Notes under the pieces: generated by a model
Database searches by the model: none
What the model was told of the DNA's origin: nothing
The model's input: only the letters and a program-made list of their open reading frames with translations
Shown: piece after piece, positions 9,433 through 18,760 of the stretch
Numbering within the stretch: the stretch's first letter is position 1
Layout: every line of letters begins with the position of its first letter
Made by a program: the position numbers and the translations under genes
Assembly (NCBI GenBank): GCA_964432675.1
Contig: CAYSOG010000001.1
Span: forward strand, 4,523-68,522
Reading direction: 5' to 3'
Origin: an uncultured Gammaproteobacteria bacterium
Lineage (GTDB): Bacteria > Patescibacteriota > Microgenomatia > CAYSOG01
DNA: 64,000 nt

Positions 9433-10434
9433 GTGTTACTTTATATGGATCAACCAGGGGAATTAATACAACCAAAGCCACCTGAGAAACAAGAACAGAA
9501 AGATCTGTTTGATATTCTTAGCCAAATGCTGCAACAAAAACAGCAGCAGGTAGTCCATGATTTTAAGGCCAAACATAAACAGTTTAACCAATGGTTGACT
9601 GCCAATAACCATCAATTAGTGAAAGTTCAAGGGCACTTGGTGCGATTTGTCTTAGCGAGTGGTTTTTCTGCATCGATCATTATTGCGACAGCGTTACCAG
9701 GAGGGGGGGTGCAAGCGTCACCGCCGGCACCGACACCGATTATCCAACAGACACCGTTTCCTGAAGCGTCTAGCTTACCAGAATTTTCTGGCAAATCATT
9801 ACATGATGTTATTGCCTCATATAAGAGTTGGCCTAGTACGCAGCTCGAAACTGAGCTAGGCATAAGGATTTCTAATGCCACACATATTCAATCTACCGCC
9901 GTCCTTGATGGGCACAAAATGAATAAAAGCGTGGGATTAATGGGCGCTGAACAGCACCTCTACCGTTACCCTGGCGATACGTTAGAAGACCATGTTAAAA
10001 CACCTGACGAACGTGCGATGTATTACGGTTCAGGGATTGCACCAGGATTAGGTGCATGGGGTTACTTTGCCCCGTCAAAGGCAAAGTTCACTGCCGACGA
10101 TGAAGCACGCGAAAAATGGTATGTTGTTGCCCAAACATTCCTTTTCCCTGGCTATTATTCTGACCGCAGTTATCGTGACTGGTTAAAGTATCGAAAAGTC
10201 TTAGTCTATAATCCGCAAAATGGCCAAGCTGTTGTCGGCGATATTGGTGACTCTGGCCCGGCAACCTGGACTGGTAAAACCTACGGTGGTTCTCCCGAAG
10301 TTATGCAGGCTTTAGGTCTTGGTGGCGGACCAAGAAAGGGCGAAGTCATTGTCCTTTTCATTGACGACCCAAATAATACGGTGCCATTGGGTCCGGTAAC
10401 GATGCCAACGCCGCCGCCAACGACAGGGAATTAA
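9433..10434 (+). CDS. Hypothetical membrane-anchored protein with Pro-rich linker and conserved C-terminal domain
   Basis: Gln-rich N-terminus, one TM helix and a PPAPTP linker. The C-terminal domain (YGGSPEVMQALGLGGGPRKGEVIVLFIDDPNN) has unknown function. Confidence 0.45.
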   Translation: MLLYMDQPGELIQPKPPEKQEQKDLFDILSQMLQQKQQQVVHDFKAKHKQFNQWLTANNHQLVKVQGHLVRFVLASGFSASIIIATALPGGGVQASPPAPTPIIQQTPFPEASSLPEFSGKSLHDVIASYKSWPSTQLETELGIRISNATHIQSTAVLDGHKMNKSVGLMGAEQHLYRYPGDTLEDHVKTPDERAMYYGSGIAPGLGAWGYFAPSKAKFTADDEAREKWYVVAQTFLFPGYYSDRSYRDWLKYRKVLVYNPQNGQAVVGDIGDSGPATWTGKTYGGSPEVMQALGLGGGPRKGEVIVLFIDDPNNTVPLGPVTMPTPPPTTGN

Positions 10435-10435
10435 T

Positions 10436-10777
10436 ATGAAAATATCAAAAAGTTTACTCTCAGAAGAATCATTAATGAAGGAATTGGGATTAACCGATTT
10501 CGACCCAAATCACCAGGAAGAACTATTTACCCTGATGATGGACATTCTTGAAATTAAAGTGCTTGATTGTGTTCTTTCAGAATTATCGGAAGAAGACAAA
10601 CGGCAGTTTACTGTTATCTTACTTGGAGAAAATACCGATGCTGCTAAAGAATTCTTGGATCGACGGATAAAAGGTTTAGATAAAAAGCTTGAACAAGTGG
10701 TGCAAGCTTTTAAAGAAGAATTAGTTGCAGACGTTTTGGAAGCCAAAAAAGAATTATTAAAGAAGCAGAAGAGTTGA
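10436..10777 (+). CDS. Small hypothetical helical protein
   Basis: 113-aa charged, coiled-coil-like ORF abutting the upstream gene's stop (start 1 nt after it), which suggests translational coupling. Confidence 0.45.
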   Translation: MKISKSLLSEESLMKELGLTDFDPNHQEELFTLMMDILEIKVLDCVLSELSEEDKRQFTVILLGENTDAAKEFLDRRIKGLDKKLEQVVQAFKEELVADVLEAKKELLKKQKS

Positions 10778-10819
10778 GCTGTTTAACCGACGTGTTTAGG
10801 AAGAATTTACCGCTGTCAT

Positions 10820-12439
10820 ATGGATAGAGAAAGCCATGATTTGGCCCGCCGCATAGAAACTAATAGTATTACCTTCGAAAGCCCTGACCATTTAGCAGTC
10901 AAAACTATTCCCACCTTAGAGCGATATTTATTGGAACTCAAGCTAAAAGGCAATGAACAATACCAAGCTGGTTACCAGCTAATGGTTGATGTCGCAAGAG
11001 ATATAAGTGAAAAGCATGGCATGGCATTGTTAGTCGGGGGTGCTGTGCGTGACATGATTCAAGGGAACCTAGTGAAAGATTTTGATTTGGAAGTTTATGA
11101 CCTTAGTGTTGACGAGCTAGCGGCAGTTGCCAAAAGGTATGGCAAAGTTTCTGAAGTTGGTAAGTCATTTGGCATTCTAAAAGTCGCGACAAGTTCGGGT
11201 ATTGATTTGGATTTATCACAGCCTCGCGAGGACTCTAAAATTGGTGAGGGTCACAAAGGATTTGCTGTAAGAACTGACCAGTCAATGTTAATACGCGAAG
11301 CTTGCCAAAGACGTGACTTTACGATTAATGCTATGGCAGCCGACCCCATAAGTGGCAAAATATATGACCCATATGGCGGCTTTGAGGATTTAGAAGAAGG
11401 TGTACTGCGCGTTGTTGACCCTGTAACGTTTGTTGAAGACCCACTAAGAGTAATGCGGGGCGTGCAGTTTGCCGGCCGGTTTAATTTAACGCCTGATGCC
11501 AAAACGCTCGAGGTCATGCGCGCATTATCACCAAAACTTACCGAATTACCAAGCGAGCGATTATTTGAAGAATGGAAAAAACTGTTATTAAAATCTGAAA
11601 AGCCTTCTGTAGGCTTGCAGCTTGCCAAAGACGCTGGTGTTTTGGCTGCCGTACACCCTGAATTTCTACCGCTTGAAGAAACTGAGCAAGATCCAAGATG
11701 GCACCCGGAAGGTGATGTATTTGTCCATACAAAATTAGGTTTAGACCAGGCAGCAAAAATTATTCGGCGTGACAATTTTGCTGATAACGAAGCACTAACC
11801 TTAATGCTCGCTATCCTTTGCCATGACTTGGGAAAACCCCAAACCACAAAGCGCGACGAACATGGCCATATTACTGCCCATGGCCATGATGAGGCGGGTG
11901 TTTTACCATCAAAGCAATTTTTACGAACCATTCATGCCGACACTCTGACTAAAGACAAAGTTACCAAATTAGTCGAATATCACATGTGGCCGCATAATAC
12001 ATTCCAAATGTATGGTCGTGGCCAAGACACAACAGATGGTGCGGTACGGAAACTTGCCCATCGCTTATTTCCAGCGACAATTGATGAATTGGCATACTTA
12101 GCAGAAGCTGACCACTCCGGCACCGGGTATTATGTGGGTGAAGACAGTCGACTAGTATTGCCAGTGCATTTTCAGGAAGGAATTTGGTTGCGCCAAAAAG
12201 CATCTGCGCTCAGTGTTGAAAAGGGTAGGCCCCAGCCGGTTATTCGGGGTCAAGATTTGCTATCACTGGGGTTAGAGCCAGGGGCAAAGTTTGGTGAGAT
12301 CATTCGACTTGCCGAGCAATTACATAACGACGACGGTGTATCGAAGGAGGCAATCTTAGCGAGCATAAAAGATGTTTCAAGCACTGAGGAAGCAATTGAT
12401 CGCTTACATAGTCAGGTAGTATCAGTTAGTGCGCTCTAA
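10820..12439 (+). CDS. Class-II tRNA nucleotidyltransferase / poly(A) polymerase family protein with HD domain (paralogue 1, 539 aa)
   Basis: Head domain LLVGGAVRDMIQGNLVKDFDLEV....RRDFTINAMA, then an HD domain (LAILCHDLGKPQT). Long C-terminal extension. Confidence 0.85.
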   Translation: MDRESHDLARRIETNSITFESPDHLAVKTIPTLERYLLELKLKGNEQYQAGYQLMVDVARDISEKHGMALLVGGAVRDMIQGNLVKDFDLEVYDLSVDELAAVAKRYGKVSEVGKSFGILKVATSSGIDLDLSQPREDSKIGEGHKGFAVRTDQSMLIREACQRRDFTINAMAADPISGKIYDPYGGFEDLEEGVLRVVDPVTFVEDPLRVMRGVQFAGRFNLTPDAKTLEVMRALSPKLTELPSERLFEEWKKLLLKSEKPSVGLQLAKDAGVLAAVHPEFLPLEETEQDPRWHPEGDVFVHTKLGLDQAAKIIRRDNFADNEALTLMLAILCHDLGKPQTTKRDEHGHITAHGHDEAGVLPSKQFLRTIHADTLTKDKVTKLVEYHMWPHNTFQMYGRGQDTTDGAVRKLAHRLFPATIDELAYLAEADHSGTGYYVGEDSRLVLPVHFQEGIWLRQKASALSVEKGRPQPVIRGQDLLSLGLEPGAKFGEIIRLAEQLHNDDGVSKEAILASIKDVSSTEEAIDRLHSQVVSVSAL

Positions 12440-12479
12440 GCCTGGCAATAACATACAGGAATATGCTACAATTTGGTCC

Positions 12480-13457
12480 ATGAATATAATCGGTAAAAAA
12501 TGGTGGTACTTTGTGCTTTCTGGGCTTATTATTGTGCCAGGACTTATTTCACTACTCCTTTTTGGTTTAAAACTTGGTATTGATTACACTGGTGGCACCC
12601 TGCTTGAGTTAAAGTTCCACGATACTTCTAAGCTCCCACAATCTAATACCGAACTCGCTCAAGTTCTGACGCAAGACGGTGTTCAAGTTGCCTCAATTTC
12701 AAATTCAGGACCGGATACTTATTTGTTTCGGCTAAAGGCGATCGACAACGTTAAAAACGAACAGATCAAGTCGGATTTGTCTCAAAAATTTGGTAATGTC
12801 GAAGAATTACAGTACGATACTGTCGGCCCAACAATCTCTGGTACGCTCAGTTGGAAAACATTCTTGTATCCTATACTTTATCCACTCAAAGTGTTTGGTA
12901 TTTTTATTCCTGATGATAATATAACATTGGCGTTTTCAGCTGTATTTTGGGCCTCGTTAGGTATTTTAGCGTACATTGCCTGGTCATTCCGTAAAATGCC
13001 GAAACCAGCTTCTTCTTGGCGCTTTGGCGTGGCAGCGATTGCAGCATTGTTACATGATGTTCTTGTTGTTATAGGCATATTCTCTATATTAGGGAAGGTG
13101 TTTAATGTTGAAATTGATGCACTATTTATAACGGCACTTTTAACTGTGATGGGCTTCTCGGTCCACGATACCATTGTAGTATTCGACAGAATTCGAGAAA
13201 ATTTGTATAAGTATTCTAGTCAATCGTTTGCGACTGTCGTTAATACTTCTATGATCCAAACCCTTGGCCGGTCATTAACAACATCGTTGACCGTGATCTT
13301 TGTCCTTTTGGCCTTACTGCTTTTTGGTGGCACTTCAATTCGCTGGTTTATTGTCGCTTTGCTAGTTGGTATTATTTCGGGAACGTATTCCTCAATCTTT
13401 AATGCTTCACCAATCTTGGTTGTCTGGCAAGATTATCTCCAAAACAAAAGAAAATAA
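12480..13457 (+). CDS. secF: Protein translocase subunit SecF
   Basis: Start trimmed to MNIIGKKWWYFVLSGLIIVPGLISLLLFGLKLGIDYTGG, which aligns with the SecF N-terminus. Six TM helices. An upstream GTG at 12429 is an alternative start. Confidence 0.88.
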   Translation: MNIIGKKWWYFVLSGLIIVPGLISLLLFGLKLGIDYTGGTLLELKFHDTSKLPQSNTELAQVLTQDGVQVASISNSGPDTYLFRLKAIDNVKNEQIKSDLSQKFGNVEELQYDTVGPTISGTLSWKTFLYPILYPLKVFGIFIPDDNITLAFSAVFWASLGILAYIAWSFRKMPKPASSWRFGVAAIAALLHDVLVVIGIFSILGKVFNVEIDALFITALLTVMGFSVHDTIVVFDRIRENLYKYSSQSFATVVNTSMIQTLGRSLTTSLTVIFVLLALLLFGGTSIRWFIVALLVGIISGTYSSIFNASPILVVWQDYLQNKRK

Positions 13458-13465
13458 CCCTATAG

Positions 13466-13494
13466 TTGATACATCGCTAATTTTTTGTTATACT
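13466..13494 (+). promoter_or_regulatory. Sigma70-like promoter (TTGATA-17 bp-TATACT) for the ORFan cassette
   Basis: TTGATA at 13466-13471, a 17-nt spacer and TATACT at 13489-13494, leaving a roughly 100-nt leader before GTG 13602 (RBS AAAGGA). Confidence 0.55.
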
Positions 13495-13601
13495 TATACC
13501 GTCCTGCTGTGTGTCTGCGTCATAAACGCTGTAACTCGTCGCCGTACCTTCACACAAAAGCTGCGATTATTCGGTAACCGAAGAGCCGAAAGGAATTAAC
13601 C

Positions 13602-13940
13602 GTGAAAGTACTTCATTTGTTTGAGCCTGGTGCAAGCGAGCTTACGCTTGAGGCGTCACAGGTATTAAGCCAACATCTTTTAGATACTGTTGAATTGCAT
13701 GAGCACCAACTGGGTACTGACGAAATGCCACTGACGAGTACTATTATGCGAAGCATATGTCAAAGCCATAGGCCGCATTTTATCGTTCTTGATGCCGAGT
13801 ACCAAGTTGACAATAAGTTTATGCATGATTGTTTGCATCGGCAAAGCGATTTTGGCGTAATAAAAGTACTTTGGTACCTGGCAGAAACTGCCGACGGTAC
13901 CGGCCATCGTTTTTTGCATTTTCCACCAGGTAGGGGCTAA
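13602..13940 (+). CDS. Hypothetical protein (ORFan cassette gene 1), GTG start
   Basis: 112-aa ORF with RBS AAAGGAAT 8 nt upstream. His/Cys-containing, no recognisable family. Confidence 0.45.
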   Translation: MKVLHLFEPGASELTLEASQVLSQHLLDTVELHEHQLGTDEMPLTSTIMRSICQSHRPHFIVLDAEYQVDNKFMHDCLHRQSDFGVIKVLWYLAETADGTGHRFLHFPPGRG

Positions 13941-13996
13941 CTGATCTCAGAATATCACTCTACAAAAATATTCTAGGGGAGAAAGGATCGAGTGCC

Positions 13997-14491
13997 ATGC
14001 CGCAAGAAGCAGTCTGCGACATTACCTTAAGCGACAAGTATATTTCCCATGAAGTTTGGTACGCTCTCTTTATTGAGTATCATTTCTATCATGTCGATCT
14101 TGGGCATCGGATGGAAATGAAAGGCGATGTACCGGAACGCTTTACAATCGATATAAAGAAATTACTTCATACGGTTAGCTGGAGTGCTATAAATCCTGGA
14201 CAGATGAGTATTGATACCTATTCTGATGTCCATGTCTTTGACCATGGTACGGTTTATACCGTCGTAACATCGCGCGGCGAGTGGCTACCGCTCACAGAGA
14301 AGCTCTATCACCGATATCGTCGTGCGGGATACGGGGAGAGTAACAATACGACATACCGGCTGCTCCGAAATATCGATGAGCGTGGTAAACTCCTTGACTA
14401 TGAATTGCAGCCTTTTGAGGTTGAAGAGGAGCAAAAAGTAAGCCTAGCGGCCTTTGAGTTGGAACGGGAGCCCACCCTTTCACACGACTGA
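13997..14491 (+). CDS. Hypothetical protein (ORFan cassette gene 2)
   Basis: 164 aa. RBS GGGGAGAAAGGA 9 nt upstream. Acidic C-terminus. No recognisable family. Confidence 0.45.
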   Translation: MPQEAVCDITLSDKYISHEVWYALFIEYHFYHVDLGHRMEMKGDVPERFTIDIKKLLHTVSWSAINPGQMSIDTYSDVHVFDHGTVYTVVTSRGEWLPLTEKLYHRYRRAGYGESNNTTYRLLRNIDERGKLLDYELQPFEVEEEQKVSLAAFELEREPTLSHD

Positions 14492-14529
14492 CAACACCGT
14501 AGCATACTTTTAATTCCTCGTTTGAACAC

Positions 14530-14566
14530 GGCGGCCGCTGGATTTCCAGTGAGCCGCCTATTTTTT
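14530..14566 (+). terminator. Intrinsic terminator after cassette gene 2
   Basis: GGCGGC...GCCGCC stem followed by TATTTTTTGG. Confidence 0.55.
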
Positions 14567-14591
14567 GGCATCTTCTACATTAATCCCATAG

Positions 14592-14620
14592 TTGCGACCA
14601 TGCCCATTGTTTGCTATAAT
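14592..14620 (+). promoter_or_regulatory. Sigma70-like promoter (TTGCGA-17 bp-TATAAT) for cassette gene 3
   Basis: Consensus-quality -35/-10 with a 17-bp spacer. The roughly 120-nt leader contains a strong-SD 5-codon mini-ORF (ATG 14691, MQLFH*). Confidence 0.6.
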
Positions 14621-14742
14621 ATCACTTGCCCAAATAGTAGTGGCTCTTTAAAACCATCTGATTGCCGAAAATAGTTTGAGGAGGTTGCGATATGCAATTA
14701 TTCCATTAGGTAGCTTAGTTGCTATCAAAGGAGAGTTGCCCG

Positions 14743-15582
14743 TTGGCTGTTAAACTTACCAAAGGCGGTCTTGTCGACGAGAACGATAAAGAAACGAAAC
14801 TCGTTGACCCTACATTGGGGAATGTGCTGCGATATTGGCGTTACGTTATCGATATTGACCCGGGATATACGATCGGCGATTTAGTCAATTTACTCAGTCA
14901 TGTTGTAGATGAACATCATGTCCTTTCAGCTTTGCTCCATTGTGACCTTGCAGCTTACCTCGAAGCCGCACGGCAATCGGTCCAAGCCAAAGCTGCAATA
15001 GCAGTAGCCGACGAAATTATTCCAGCCGAACCTGATAGTAGTGATGACATAGACTATATCGAAGTTTACAACCACGCTGATATCGACCATTTCGTTCCCG
15101 GTAAAAAAGTCGGCAATCGTCGAACCATGGGTGAATTTACGCCGCCATATACAATTAACCGGAATTGTCATGGCGTTGGCCCTTGGGCTGAACCATATGA
15201 AGGATATAATCAAGAGTTTCCTAATCACCCTGCAACGACTGGCTATGCAATAGAATATACCCCAATTGGGGAACTGCTCGATTACGAAATTCGGTACGAT
15301 CCGAAAATCGAATTTGAAAAAAACTACCTAAAAGGCGATATTGCATTCGCCACCGAAATCAATATTACCTTTGGTGAACTCATCGAAGCAGTGTTTTGGG
15401 AAATCGGTTGGTTTGGAACACCAGAAGGTACGCTTGAAGCAACTGATAATCTTTATGTACTCCAAGATGATGTAAAAAAGATCCAAGATGGTACACTCGA
15501 AACGCACAGTTTCGATGAACTTCTTAAAGAGACATTTGTACTCGATGATGAACTTGATGATGACGCGGCTGACAAGAGCTAA
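14743..15582 (+). CDS. Hypothetical acidic protein (ORFan cassette gene 3)
   Basis: Open frame from 14719. Likely TTG start at 14743, 6 nt after RBS AAAGGAGAG. The 280-aa product has a very acidic C-terminus (DDELDDDAADKS) and no recognisable family. Confidence 0.45.
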   Translation: MAVKLTKGGLVDENDKETKLVDPTLGNVLRYWRYVIDIDPGYTIGDLVNLLSHVVDEHHVLSALLHCDLAAYLEAARQSVQAKAAIAVADEIIPAEPDSSDDIDYIEVYNHADIDHFVPGKKVGNRRTMGEFTPPYTINRNCHGVGPWAEPYEGYNQEFPNHPATTGYAIEYTPIGELLDYEIRYDPKIEFEKNYLKGDIAFATEINITFGELIEAVFWEIGWFGTPEGTLEATDNLYVLQDDVKKIQDGTLETHSFDELLKETFVLDDELDDDAADKS

Positions 15583-15602
15583 CAGTTCTTCAGTATAGCC
15601 AT

Positions 15603-15630
15603 GGCCCCGAATTATTCGGGGCCTTTTTTT
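15603..15630 (+). terminator. Strong intrinsic terminator (GGCCCCGAA-tta-TTCGGGGCC + T7)
   Basis: Perfect 9-bp GC-rich stem with a 3-nt loop and TTTTTTT. The T-run overlaps the stop codon of the convergent CCA-type gene. Confidence 0.8.
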
Positions 15631-16999
15631 ATGCTGAACTATTAATTTCGTGTATTCTCTTTATTAAATAGTCACGATTGTTCTTGGACATATCCTCATC
15701 GACTTCTTCAAATAATTTTTGCAGGGTTTGGCCGATCTTTGGTCCTGGTTTTATATTTAGTTCTTTCATAATGTCATTTCCATTAACTGCAAGATCCTTA
15801 ACCGCAAACGCTGGATGTAGTTCCTTATCAATCCGCTCGCGGAATTTTTTAAGCCGCCAACTTTCTTCGCGCTCTTTGGGGATGCCGCTACCTAACCTGT
15901 CACCAATACGTAAATCAATCATATCCTGGATATTGTCCAATCCGACGTTGCGGATGAAACGGCGGACAGCACTATCAGTCTGAAACTCATCCACACTAAA
16001 TTGGTGCCAGCGAACGAGGGATACCAGTTTGTCCCGGTCTTTTTTTGACAGATGTAATCGGTTTGCAATATTACGGGCAATATTAGCACCGACGACTTCA
16101 TGGTTGTAGAACGTTGGGTTACCACGGGCGTCACGGCCTAATACTTGCGGCTTGCCAACGTCGTGCAGTAAGGCTGCAAAGCGGACGAGTGGGTCTTTGC
16201 TTGGCGTTGTCTTAAGTGATAAAAAGCAATGTGTGCCGACATCATAAATATGGTGCCGGTTAGGTCCAATTTGTTCTATCCCAAAGCATTGCTCTAACTC
16301 TGGTAAAATTTCTGCCAATAACCCGGTATTACGTAAAATCATAAAGCCGTCATACGGAAAATCGGATGCCAAAATTTTGAATAGTTCATCCCTAATTCTT
16401 TCACCCGAAATATGGGTAATCAGCACGACGTTTTTTTGGATTGCCGCAAAAGTTTTTTCCTCAATTTGAAAAGAAAGCTGTGCCGCAAACCGAACGGCGC
16501 GGAGCATCCGCAGTGCATCTTCATTAAACCGCTCATGTGCATCGCCGACGGCACGAATAAGTTTTCGTTCAAGATCTTCCTGTCCGTCAAAAGGGTCGAT
16601 AATATTTGAAACTTGAAGCTTGAAGCTTGAAACGTCCACTGCCATTGCGTTGATGGTAAAATCACGGCGGGTTAAGTCTTCGTCAATAGTTTTACCCCAA
16701 GTAACTTCGTCGGGATGACGTTTATTCGAGTATCCTTTTTCGCTGCGAAAAGTTGTAATCTCGACAATGCCAAAATTTTCTGTTGGAATACCGACAGTGC
16801 CATATATGTTATCGTAAAAAGCATTTGGAAATAATTTTTGGATTTGGTCTGGTATGGCGTTTGTCGTGAAGTCAAAATCTTTAGCTTCTTTTTTAAGCAA
16901 AAGATCACGGACACTTCCCCCAACAAGATATATTAAATAACCAGCATCGACAATTTTTTCACTGATTGTTTCAACTTCCTTTGGCAACTCTAAATTCAT
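15629..16999 (-). CDS. Class-II CCA tRNA nucleotidyltransferase family protein with HD domain (paralogue 2, 456 aa)
   Basis: LIYLVGGSVRDLLLKKEAKDFDFTT....RRDFTINAMAVD head, then an HD domain (AALLHDVGKPQ). Confidence 0.85.
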   Translation of the reverse strand: MNLELPKEVETISEKIVDAGYLIYLVGGSVRDLLLKKEAKDFDFTTNAIPDQIQKLFPNAFYDNIYGTVGIPTENFGIVEITTFRSEKGYSNKRHPDEVTWGKTIDEDLTRRDFTINAMAVDVSSFKLQVSNIIDPFDGQEDLERKLIRAVGDAHERFNEDALRMLRAVRFAAQLSFQIEEKTFAAIQKNVVLITHISGERIRDELFKILASDFPYDGFMILRNTGLLAEILPELEQCFGIEQIGPNRHHIYDVGTHCFLSLKTTPSKDPLVRFAALLHDVGKPQVLGRDARGNPTFYNHEVVGANIARNIANRLHLSKKDRDKLVSLVRWHQFSVDEFQTDSAVRRFIRNVGLDNIQDMIDLRIGDRLGSGIPKEREESWRLKKFRERIDKELHPAFAVKDLAVNGNDIMKELNIKPGPKIGQTLQKLFEEVDEDMSKNNRDYLIKRIHEINSSA

Positions 17000-17041
17000 A
17001 CCACAATTTTAGCAGGTTCTTCGATGGTATAATAGTGAGCT

Positions 17042-18760
17042 ATGCAGCAGAAAGTTTGGGAAATTAACAATAAATGGAAAGCGGAAGGTGGGAAGCGGAA
17101 AGTTGATGAGATTGTCAACGAGTTACTCATCCAAAGAGGTGTTAGGACAAAAAAGCAGAAAGACACCTTTCTTCATCCCAAGCTTGAATCGCTGATAGAC
17201 GCTATACCATTCCCGCAGATGGACAAAGCACTCAAACGGATAGAAAAAGCCATCAAATCGAAGGAAAAGATTGCTATTTTTTCCGATTACGATGCTGATG
17301 GTATTTGTGCAACCGCCATCCTTTGGGAAACAATTCACGAATTAGGTGGCGACGTTATGCCATACGTACCCGACCGTATTGCAGAAGGCTACGGCCTCTC
17401 TGTTTATGCCGCAAAAAAGTTGGCCGAAGAAAAGATTAATCTCATCATCACGGTCGATAACGGTATTACTGCGGTCGAGGCAGTCAATACCGCTAACGCG
17501 CTTGGTGTTGACATCATTATCACCGACCATCACCAAAAACCAACTGTTCTACCAAAACCGTATGCATTTGTTTGGAGTGATAAAATTTGTGGCACTGTTG
17601 TTGCCTGGTATTTGGCAAAAGCACTTACCAAGCACAAAGATCTAAAGTCTCACCTTGAATTAGCAGCGCTTGCAACGATCGCGGACGTTATGCCTCTGGT
17701 TGATGTTAATCGGACGATTGTTAAGTTTGGCTTAGAAGAGTTGAATAAGACGAAGCGTGTCGGATTGATAGCGTTGTTTAACGAAGCGGGGCTTGAACTA
17801 GGAAAAGTCGGCTGGTGGGAAATTGGACATGTTATTGCCCCAAGGCTTAACGCCATGGGCCGATTAGAAAATGCCATGGACTCACTTCGCCTTTTGTGTA
17901 CAACTAATCCGCTTAAAGCAAAGTCGTTAGCGATGACATTGGCGAGAACCAATACTGAGCGCCAAAAGTTGACCGAAAAGATGGTTACCGATGCTCGGCT
18001 ATTATATAACCAGGATTTTACAGTTGGCGTGTTAGCTCATGAAACCTGGCATGAGGGAGTTGTTGGGCTTGTTGCAGGTAGGATGACAGAGGCCTTTTAT
18101 CGCCCAATGATAGCAATCGCTAAAGGCGAAGAGTTTTCCAAAGGCAGCGCCAGGTCAATTCCAGGATTTAATATTATTGAAGCCTTGCGAAGTCTTGATG
18201 GTGTATTTGAAAACATTGGCGGGCACCCAATGGCAGCAGGCTTTACTATTCGAACCGAAAATATTGCCAAACTTGAAAAGCAACTCTTGAAGGTTGCCGA
18301 AAAACAATTAACCAATGGCCTTTTGCAACGCAAACTGCGTGTTGATCTAGAATTATCAATAAGCGAATTAACAAGGTCACTTTATGATGCGCTTGAGCAA
18401 CTTTCTCCTTTTGGCAATGGTAATCCTGAACCAATTTTTGTAACGCGCCGACTAGAAGTTGAAGAGGTAAAGAAAGTTGGTAGCACTGGTAAGCATATTA
18501 AACTTCGTGTCTGTCAAGCTGATGATGGCGATCTACTAAATGGTGAAGAAGTAGAAGCTGATGTGACCGATTTACAAAATTATTTCAGCTTACCACCGAA
18601 ACCTTTTTTCGAAGCTATCGGTTTTGGTATGGGGGAATTATTAAAACATTTGCGGCCAGGGCAGATTATTGATATAGCTTATACTCTCTCACTAAATACC
18701 TGGCATGACGTTAGCCGCATCGAATTGAAAATTAAAGATATGCGGTTTTCAGATCAATAA
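17042..18760 (+). CDS. recJ: Single-stranded-DNA-specific exonuclease RecJ
   Basis: DHH motifs (IAIFSDYDADGICATAIL; IITDHHQ) and the DHHA1 region (GGHPMAAGFT). Confidence 0.9.
   Translation: MQQKVWEINNKWKAEGGKRKVDEIVNELLIQRGVRTKKQKDTFLHPKLESLIDAIPFPQMDKALKRIEKAIKSKEKIAIFSDYDADGICATAILWETIHELGGDVMPYVPDRIAEGYGLSVYAAKKLAEEKINLIITVDNGITAVEAVNTANALGVDIIITDHHQKPTVLPKPYAFVWSDKICGTVVAWYLAKALTKHKDLKSHLELAALATIADVMPLVDVNRTIVKFGLEELNKTKRVGLIALFNEAGLELGKVGWWEIGHVIAPRLNAMGRLENAMDSLRLLCTTNPLKAKSLAMTLARTNTERQKLTEKMVTDARLLYNQDFTVGVLAHETWHEGVVGLVAGRMTEAFYRPMIAIAKGEEFSKGSARSIPGFNIIEALRSLDGVFENIGGHPMAAGFTIRTENIAKLEKQLLKVAEKQLTNGLLQRKLRVDLELSISELTRSLYDALEQLSPFGNGNPEPIFVTRRLEVEEVKKVGSTGKHIKLRVCQADDGDLLNGEEVEADVTDLQNYFSLPPKPFFEAIGFGMGELLKHLRPGQIIDIAYTLSLNTWHDVSRIELKIKDMRFSDQ

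Noticed and set aside
9627-9881. Short ORFs on both strands inside gene 9433-10434
   Set aside because: Nested in a longer ORF's Pro/Gly-rich region. His/Arg-rich shadow-frame artefacts.
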